A DNA stretch of 64,000 bases, taken from NCBI GenBank assembly GCA_963667845.2, contig CAXXVL010000002.1:1152001-1216000 (forward strand). Reading direction: 5' to 3'. The stretch is from Smithellaceae bacterium. Lineage in GTDB: Bacteria; Desulfobacterota; Syntrophia; Syntrophales; Smithellaceae. Within the stretch, counting starts at the first letter, position 1. Each line of letters starts with the position of its first letter. Under the pieces are notes generated by a model, which saw only the letters and a program-made list of their open reading frames with translations, was not told the DNA's origin and did not search any database. The position numbers and the translations under genes were made by a program. Of this stretch, positions 57,411 through 64,000 are shown piece by piece.

Positions 57411-59585
57411 TCAACAGGCATGCCATGGTGATGCTCTTTTGGGCAGCGCGATAAAAAAACACGCGCCTTCATCTTCCGCGCCTTCGGCCCATATCCGCCC
57501 GCCATGCTTATGAATAATGCGCTGCGCCAGAGCCAGGCCGATGCCGGAGCCATCGTAATCGGCTGAACTGTGCAAACGTTGAAAGACGCCGAACATCTTG
57601 TCGTGATATTCCATGTCGAAACCGACGCCGTTGTCTTTGACAAAGTAGGTGCATTCGCGCTCATTTTCGTTTCCGCCGATTTCTATCCGTGCGACCGGCC
57701 GGGTCTTTGTGAATTTGAGCGCATTGGAGAGCAGATTTACAAAAACCTGCTTCATCAGCGCCTTATCTCCCGACGAGGGCGGCAGATCATGAATTTGTAA
57801 AGATACATTTCGTTCCGGGTAGGCTTGCTGAAGTTCCTGCCAGGCGTTTTCGGCAATTTCGTACAGGTTGACGGGCCTGATGTCCGGAGCCTTCTGGCCG
57901 AGCCGGGAGAAATTCAGAAGGTCGTCAATCAACTGGCCCATCATTTTGACGCTGTCTCTGACCCTATCAAAAAGCCGGCCGGCTTTTTCATCCAATGCCG
58001 CTCCATGATCCCTCTGGATGATTTTCGCAAATCCATCGATGGCCCGAAGCGGTGCTCTCAGATCATGAGACACCGAATACGTGAAACTCTCCATCTCCCG
58101 GTTGGCAGCCGCCAGTTGTGACGTGCGCAGCTCGACAAGTTCCTCCAGATGGTGACGGTAGGTTTCCACCTCGGCCTGAGTCCGCTTATGTTCCGTGACG
58201 TCAAGCCCCATTTCCAGGATCAGCGTTGATCCGTCGGTGTCGTTAAAGGGAAAATCATAAATGTAGTAATTGCGGCCGTCCGGTCCGGTCCACTCCCACT
58301 CCAGAGGGTTCATGGTCTGCAGGGTCTTATAGGTCTCACACACCTCGCAGGGCTCCGTTCGGTCGAACAGAAATTCGTAACAGCGCCGCCCCTGCGCATC
58401 GCCGAAGCTCTCCCGGAAGAACCGGTTTTCAAACGGGACGTGATAGTCCGGCGAAAGCAGGATAACATATGCGGGCAGGATATCGAGAACGTCGATAAAC
58501 CGGCGTTTTTCATCCTCCAGGTGGGCCACGGTTTCAATCAGCTTGGCCGTTCTCTCATGAACGGCGGTTTCGAGCTTAGCATGGGCCGCGCGCAATTCCG
58601 ATGCCTGACGGATGCGGTTCATGGCGATGGCGACCTGATCGGCAACAGCCTTCATCATTGCCAGGTCACTGGCGCTGAAGGTCGTCCGGGAGCAAGTGCC
58701 GAAGGAGAGGGTCCCGATCACCCGGCTTCCTTCCAGGAGAGGATGGCAGGCATACGCTTTAGCACCGAAGGACTTCACCAGTTCCGTCCGGATATCCGGC
58801 GTCCCGGGGATATTTTCAGCGACGATTCTGCCGCCGTCCCGCGCGACACATCCGCAGACGGCAACACCGAAATCCAGCCATTCTATTTCGGCTGCAGCTT
58901 CTTTGGGAATGCCGGCGCAGGCATTAAGATGCAGTCTTCCGTTTACGTCATCTACGAGGAAGTTGAAGAACATCTGGCAATCGAGAAACGTCATGACCCG
59001 GCGGCAAAGTTCTTCCATCAGTTGCTGGGGATTATCCGTTTCGAGCAGGCGGCCGGCCGTATACGACAGAATCTCCAGCCGTTCTTTTTGCCTCTGGAGC
59101 TCGGCGGTTCTCTCGGCAACCTGCCGCTCCAGATTCCGGTGCGCGTCGCGCAGGTCCTCCTCGGCTTTTTTCCGGGCCCTGTGTTCTTCGGCTTCCGCCA
59201 GGGCTCTTTTGACTGCGGGCACCAGGCGCAGCTCCAGGCGGCTTTTCAAAACATAGTCTTTGGCCCCCTGGGTGAGGATTTCAATCGCCCGGTCTTCTCC
59301 GACCGCTCCGGTCACGAGAATGAAAGGAACGTCCGGGCATTGCTGCTTTGCCTGAGCCAGCGCCAGCGAGCCGGAATAACGGGGAAGATCATAATCGGAA
59401 AGGATAATATCGGGACAATCCTCTCCGATGGCGGCCACAAATTCTTTTTCCGTTTTGACAACCTTTGCCGAAAAAGACAGACCGGCATTTTCCAGCTCAA
59501 ATAAAACAAGTTCGGCATCGGCCGGAGAGTCTTCAAGAATGAGAATGTTGAGTGGTTTATCCATACGATCCCATGATCTGCTCAT
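57411..59585 (-). CDS. Hybrid sensor histidine kinase (REC-GAF-PAS-HisKA-HATPase)
   Basis: ILEDS..D, DIILSDY, GAKDYVLK; GAF (CGCVA, CHPL); SVSHDLRAPLRAI; NLLSNALKF, DNGVGFD, FQRLH, GSGIGL. Confidence 0.93.
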   Translation of the reverse strand: MSRSWDRMDKPLNILILEDSPADAELVLFELENAGLSFSAKVVKTEKEFVAAIGEDCPDIILSDYDLPRYSGSLALAQAKQQCPDVPFILVTGAVGEDRAIEILTQGAKDYVLKSRLELRLVPAVKRALAEAEEHRARKKAEEDLRDAHRNLERQVAERTAELQRQKERLEILSYTAGRLLETDNPQQLMEELCRRVMTFLDCQMFFNFLVDDVNGRLHLNACAGIPKEAAAEIEWLDFGVAVCGCVARDGGRIVAENIPGTPDIRTELVKSFGAKAYACHPLLEGSRVIGTLSFGTCSRTTFSASDLAMMKAVADQVAIAMNRIRQASELRAAHAKLETAVHERTAKLIETVAHLEDEKRRFIDVLDILPAYVILLSPDYHVPFENRFFRESFGDAQGRRCYEFLFDRTEPCEVCETYKTLQTMNPLEWEWTGPDGRNYYIYDFPFNDTDGSTLILEMGLDVTEHKRTQAEVETYRHHLEELVELRTSQLAAANREMESFTYSVSHDLRAPLRAIDGFAKIIQRDHGAALDEKAGRLFDRVRDSVKMMGQLIDDLLNFSRLGQKAPDIRPVNLYEIAENAWQELQQAYPERNVSLQIHDLPPSSGDKALMKQVFVNLLSNALKFTKTRPVARIEIGGNENERECTYFVKDNGVGFDMEYHDKMFGVFQRLHSSADYDGSGIGLALAQRIIHKHGGRIWAEGAEDEGACFFIALPKRASPWHAC

Positions 59586-59765
59586 TCACTTATCTGCACG
59601 CTAGGTGCATTTGCACTTCATATTTATAGATAATTCAGCAATTTTGCAAAGGCAATTTTATTGCCAGAATTTATTTGAATCGACGGATACCTGCAAATTT
59701 GATAGAGGAAACACGGCTGTTGATTTAGTCAACGCGACAAAGTTAAGGGATTGTAAGGAAGATGC

Positions 59766-61670
59766 ATGGCATTGCTTTGGATCAATAATATTTCTATGAG
59801 TTTCGGCGGACCGCGGCTCCTGGATGGCGCTTCGCTGCAGATCGAAGCCGGCGAGCGCATCGGACTTCTGGGGCGAAACGGCTCGGGCAAATCCACCCTG
59901 ATGAAACTGCTGCATGGGGACATTGTGCCGGACAGGGGCGAGGTGATCCGCGATAAGAATGTGCGCGTTTCCCTCATGCCGCAGGATATTGAAAACCGGC
60001 CGGGAACCGTCTACGACGTTATTGCCGCAGGCGGTCAGGAGAACCTGGATATGCTCCATGCCTATCACGACCTTGCGATACAGATGTCGACGCACACCGA
60101 TCAGGCGTTGCTTGCGAAGATGGAAAGAATCCAGCACCAATTAGAAACAGCGGGTGCCTGGCAGTTTCATCAGAAGATTGAATCGGTTATTTCCCGTGTG
60201 GAGCTTGACGAAAATACCGAATTCAGTGTTCTGTCAGCAGGACTGAAACGGCGGGTGCTGCTGGCCCGCGCGCTGGTTACCGATCCGGATATTCTGCTTC
60301 TGGATGAACCCACCAACCACCTGGATATCCCGTCCATTCTCTGGCTGGAAGAATTCCTGCTCCATTATGAAAAAACGATTATGTTTGTGACGCACGATCG
60401 GGCCTTTCTGCAAAAAATAGCCACGCGGATCGTCGAGATCGATCGCGGCAGACTGTCTTCTTTTGCCTGCGATTATGCGACTTACCTCGAGAGGCGGCAG
60501 GCCATGCAGGAGGCGGAAGAAAAGGAGTGGCAGACCTTTGACAAAAAACTGGCCCAGGAGGAAATCTGGGTCCGGCAGGGTATTAAGGCGCGCCGAACGC
60601 GCAACGAGGGCCGCGTGCGTGCGCTGGTGGCGATGCGTGAAGAGCGGGCCGAGAGGCGCGAGCGGGAAGGGAATGTCCGGCTGGCTGTCTCCGAGGCCGG
60701 TCAAAGCGGGAGGCTGGTTGTTGAGGCTGAAAATATCCATTTTGCCTACGGCGACAAAACGATCATCGATTCCTTTTCCACACGGATTTTGCGCGGAGAC
60801 CGGGTGGGAATTATCGGGCCCAACGGGTCCGGTAAAACGACGCTGATCAAAGTCTTACTGGGCGAGTTGCCTGTTCTGGACGGAAAAATCAGGCTGGGTA
60901 CGAATATCGCGATTGCCTATTTTGATCAGCTCCGCGCGCAGTTGAGCGAGGAAAAATCGGTAAAGGACAACATTGCCGGAGGCAATGATACGGTCTTTAT
61001 CAGCGGTGTACCCCGCCATGTGGTCGGCTATCTGCAGGATTTTTTATTTCCGCCTGCTCAGATCCTGGCGCCGGTCGCGTCCCTTTCCGGCGGCGAACGA
61101 AACCGGCTCCTGCTGGCCAAGCTTTTTTGCGTGCCTTCCAATGTCCTGGTGCTGGATGAACCGACAAACGACCTCGACGCGGAAACGCTCGAGCTTCTCG
61201 AAGACCGGCTTCTCGGATACAAAGGCACGATTCTGCTGGTCAGTCATGACCGGACGTTTCTGAACAATGTTGTCACTTCCACCATTGTCCTCGAAGGAGA
61301 AGGGCGCCTGCAGGAGTATGTGGGCGGCTATGACGATTGGCTGAGACAACGGGGGGAAGCAAAGGATATGTCCGGAAAAACCCCCAAAGAGTCAAAAGCC
61401 AAAAAGGAAAAAACACCCAGAGAAAAACGAAAACTGTCCTTCAAGGAAACGCAGGAACTCGCAGGGCTGCCGAAAAAAATTGAACTAATGGAAAAAGAAA
61501 AAGCGGAGGTGATGGATTTGCTGAACTCTCCGGATCTATATAAAAGCAACAATCCAGCCCGGGTGCTGGACCTGAACAATCGGCTGACGCATTTGGAGGC
61601 GGATTTGGAGGCGGCCTACGACCGCTGGGATGAATTGGAAGAGCTGACGGCAAAGTTTGCGGGAATGTAA
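59766..61670 (+). CDS. uup: ABC-F family ATPase Uup
   Basis: Two NBDs (GRNGSGKST; GPNGSGKTT), linker EEIWVRQGIKARRTRNEGRVRAL, C-terminal KLSFKE..EL. Confidence 0.93.
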   Translation: MALLWINNISMSFGGPRLLDGASLQIEAGERIGLLGRNGSGKSTLMKLLHGDIVPDRGEVIRDKNVRVSLMPQDIENRPGTVYDVIAAGGQENLDMLHAYHDLAIQMSTHTDQALLAKMERIQHQLETAGAWQFHQKIESVISRVELDENTEFSVLSAGLKRRVLLARALVTDPDILLLDEPTNHLDIPSILWLEEFLLHYEKTIMFVTHDRAFLQKIATRIVEIDRGRLSSFACDYATYLERRQAMQEAEEKEWQTFDKKLAQEEIWVRQGIKARRTRNEGRVRALVAMREERAERREREGNVRLAVSEAGQSGRLVVEAENIHFAYGDKTIIDSFSTRILRGDRVGIIGPNGSGKTTLIKVLLGELPVLDGKIRLGTNIAIAYFDQLRAQLSEEKSVKDNIAGGNDTVFISGVPRHVVGYLQDFLFPPAQILAPVASLSGGERNRLLLAKLFCVPSNVLVLDEPTNDLDAETLELLEDRLLGYKGTILLVSHDRTFLNNVVTSTIVLEGEGRLQEYVGGYDDWLRQRGEAKDMSGKTPKESKAKKEKTPREKRKLSFKETQELAGLPKKIELMEKEKAEVMDLLNSPDLYKSNNPARVLDLNNRLTHLEADLEAAYDRWDELEELTAKFAGM

Positions 61671-61705
61671 AGAATTACAAAAATCGCAAAAAAGAGGAAC
61701 ACTCT

Positions 61706-62218
61706 ATGGACCTGTCCGAAATGTGCTTTCCCCGGCAGATGGAAGCGGACGGCAGCGTGGGAAAAATCTGTGAAGCACTGGCGGTAGGAAAAGCCCGGCT
61801 CCGGCCGGAGGGCAATCTGGAAGTCCCCGTGCTGACCCTGAGCGAATCATTGACGAGTGCGCTCAAGAAAGCGCGAATGCAGCGGCGCGTCCGCTTCGGC
61901 TTTGATGAAATTGTCGAAAAGCTTGCCGCTGAGAAAAAAGGCATTGATGAATTGCTCCAAAAGACGAAATCACTGCCAAACGAGCGCATCTCCCGCCTGC
62001 TTCTGTTTTCCAATGACGGAGCCGAGCGGCTTTACCGCCATATCGAACAAATCCTCCATGAGCATCAACTCCGGATTCTGGGCTGCCTCGTGGATGTCGA
62101 CAGCAGGAAACTGGGAGAGGCGATTACGGGTAGAAATGCAAGTATTAAAGTTATTCTGGTCGAGCACAAGGACGCTGTAGCTGATGTCCTACGCTCACTC
62201 ATTGAAAATAAGGAATAG
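61706..62218 (+). CDS. Hypothetical protein, possible L7Ae/L30e-like fold
   Basis: GAGGA SD; clean ORF downstream of uup; segments RFGFDEI / LLLFSNDG / SRKLGEAI resemble the L7Ae pattern. Confidence 0.7.
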   Translation: MDLSEMCFPRQMEADGSVGKICEALAVGKARLRPEGNLEVPVLTLSESLTSALKKARMQRRVRFGFDEIVEKLAAEKKGIDELLQKTKSLPNERISRLLLFSNDGAERLYRHIEQILHEHQLRILGCLVDVDSRKLGEAITGRNASIKVILVEHKDAVADVLRSLIENKE

Positions 62219-62400
62219 TTCAAAATCATCTTCTATTCCCGCTGCTGCCGGCAAGTGGATAATATCTATCCATCTGGATACCCGGATTGAATAGTTTTGA
62301 TTCATGTCCATGGCAGTTTTCTAAGCCAATTCTGTGTCGAACAAACCCATCATCTTAAAAAATCTAATGGTATTTATCACATACGGCGAGCGTAGGCCTG

Positions 62401-62415
62401 TGGCACGCTATATGC
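62401..62415 (+). promoter_or_regulatory. Sigma54 (-24/-12) promoter
   Basis: TGGCACG-CTAT-ATGC with exact GG-N10-GC spacing, about 45 nt before the GTG of the next ORF. Confidence 0.6.
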
Positions 62416-62460
62416 CAGATAATGGTCGTGAGTGATGCACAAGTGAAAGGAGAAAATAAA

Positions 62461-62754
62461 GTGAAAAAAATAACAATGATAGTGGTTACAGTGATGATGG
62501 TTGTCGGGCTGGCTGCCTCGGCATTTGCCAATCCGGGCTGGGGGGGCGGACAACGGTATGACTACCGCAGCGGGTATGAGCGTTCTCATGACAGATATGA
62601 TGATCGCGACTACCGGTTCCGTAATGATGATTGGCGGTTTCATCGGCCGCCGGTTGTTATTCACAGGATACCCGGACCGGTTGTTTATCTGCCCAGACCG
62701 CATGTGCCGGCGGTAGGTTTGTTCTTCCCGCACATGACCATCCAGTTTCGTTAA
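62461..62754 (+). CDS. Small secreted low-complexity protein (Arg/Asp/Tyr-rich then Pro/Val-rich)
   Basis: AGGAG SD, GTG start, signal peptide MKKITM...ASAFA. Confidence 0.75.
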   Translation: MKKITMIVVTVMMVVGLAASAFANPGWGGGQRYDYRSGYERSHDRYDDRDYRFRNDDWRFHRPPVVIHRIPGPVVYLPRPHVPAVGLFFPHMTIQFR

Positions 62755-62856
62755 CGCCGGGCACAGGCCGCGAAAGATGTAACGGCCGTCCGCAACATTC
62801 GGGAGAAAGCCGCCAGAGAGAAAGCGTGGTTTCTTTTTCCGGTTTCCCGTCCAATC

Positions 62857-62892
62857 AAAAAACAGACCGCTCCAAGGAAAGGAGCGGTCTGT
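62857..62892 (-). terminator. Intrinsic terminator of the acyl-CoA ligase gene
   Basis: ACAGACCGCTCC-N7-GGAGCGGTCTGT 12-bp stem with an A-tract on the left. Confidence 0.8.
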
Positions 62893-62913
62893 CCATAATG
62901 AATTCGTCAGCAA

Positions 62914-64000
62914 TCACATCTTTCTCAATTCCGTTTTCAATATCTTCCCCACCAGGCTTTTGGGCATGGCGTTGAGAAAGACGATATCCCTGGGCAAAAA
63001 GAAGTTGGTGAGCCGTGTTTTGCAGAAGGCGATAATGTCCTCGGCTGCCGCTTTTTCGCCCGGGTGCAAAACGACGAAGGCTTTAATTTCTTCCCCGTAT
63101 TTTTCATCCTTCACGCCGATCACGGCCGCCTCCGAAACCTGCGGATGCGCATAGAGGACCTCCTCAATCGTCCGGGGCGAGATGTTTTCGCCTCCTTTGA
63201 TGATGAGATCTTTCTTCCGGTCCGTGATCCAGAAATAGCCGTCGGGGTCGACGAAGCCCACATCGCCCGTATGCAGCCAGCCGTTTCTCAGCACTTCCGC
63301 CGTTTCCTCGGGCCGCATCCAGTATCCTTTCATGACCTGCGGGCCGCGGATCACGATTTCGCCTTTTTCTCCCGGCGGCAATTCTTTGCCCTGATCGTCG
63401 AAGATTTTCATTTCCGTGCCGGTCGTTGGAAGACCGATGGAGCCGATTTTTTTGAGGCCCTCCCAGGGATTGCAGGAGTTGTTGGCTCCCGCTTCCGTAA
63501 GGCCCCAGCCTTCGCTGATTTCAAATCCGTACATCTCTTTAAACTTATTCCAGGTCTCCACCGCGAGCGGCGCGGAGCCGCAGACCCAGTATTTCATGGA
63601 GCTCAGATTATATTTTTTCGGTTCGGGATAAAGCAGCATGTAGACATACATGGTCGGGACAGCGGCCAGGATATTGCCGGAATACTTTTCGATGGCGGAG
63701 AAAATCGCGGCGAGGTCGAAGGTATTGAGCAGCACGGCTCTGTTGCTCCGAAACAGACTCATGTTGGAGGATGCGATACCGTAAGAATGGCAAAGCGGCA
63801 GAATGCTGATATACGTCATGCCGTCCGTAGGGGGAAACGTGTGGTGCTGCATGTAAGCGTTGGAGTAGAGCGTCCCGTGAGTGTGGATGACGCCCTTGGC
63901 CTTGCCCGTCGTTCCGGCGGTATAGATCAGGGCGGCGATGTCGTCGTCGGCCGTTTCCACGATGGCTGTTTCTTCGGGACTTTGGTCCACGAGCGCGCGA
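62914..64000 (-). CDS. Long-chain fatty acid--CoA ligase (AMP-binding), 5' end outside window
   Basis: YTAGTTGKAKG, EGWGLTE, GPQVMKGYW, GWLHTGD, DRKKDLIIKGGENI, PKSLVGKI; frame is open to the window edge. Confidence 0.95.
   Translation of the reverse strand, partial: RALVDQSPEETAIVETADDDIAALIYTAGTTGKAKGVIHTHGTLYSNAYMQHHTFPPTDGMTYISILPLCHSYGIASSNMSLFRSNRAVLLNTFDLAAIFSAIEKYSGNILAAVPTMYVYMLLYPEPKKYNLSSMKYWVCGSAPLAVETWNKFKEMYGFEISEGWGLTEAGANNSCNPWEGLKKIGSIGLPTTGTEMKIFDDQGKELPPGEKGEIVIRGPQVMKGYWMRPEETAEVLRNGWLHTGDVGFVDPDGYFWITDRKKDLIIKGGENISPRTIEEVLYAHPQVSEAAVIGVKDEKYGEEIKAFVVLHPGEKAAAEDIIAFCKTRLTNFFLPRDIVFLNAMPKSLVGKILKTELRKM

Overview
Chromosomal window from an anaerobic Gram-negative bacterium. 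Gene content suggests Desulfobacterota, probably Syntrophales (Smithella/Syntrophus-like); this is inference. Metabolic and housekeeping loci, in order: acyl-CoA dehydrogenase-etfBA; mscS; a 7-gene V/A-type ATPase operon (E, DUF2764, A, B, D, I, K) with a Na+-type rotor signature; fdhE; a PDC/IPDC-family decarboxylase; a four-subunit 2-oxoacid:ferredoxin oxidoreductase; nth; secG-tRNA-Leu(GAG); rnd; a cobamide uptake/remodelling operon (btuC-btuD-[cobalamin riboswitch]-btuB-btuF-cobT-cobS-cbiR-like-cobU); mdh; an AbfD-like dehydratase; the pgpA-cinA-thpR-recA-recX-alaS operon; mobB and moeA; a selenium/sulfur-trafficking cluster (yedF-like, DUF3343, C_GCAxxG_C_C, MauE/DoxX, exported rhodanese) transcribed back-to-back with an ArsS-type radical SAM/glycosyltransferase cluster; a hybrid kinase; uup; and a partial acyl-CoA ligase. 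Features the ORF track misses: two decayed pseudogenes (USP, GGDEF), a ~94-bp three-hairpin dispersed repeat in two inverted copies, a perfect Gram-positive-type SOS box ahead of the recA operon, a probable ATT start for btuC, a sigma54 promoter, and a candidate L7Ae-fold protein. No CRISPR array, prophage or intact transposase was seen. All family assignments are by eye from motifs; no database searches were run.
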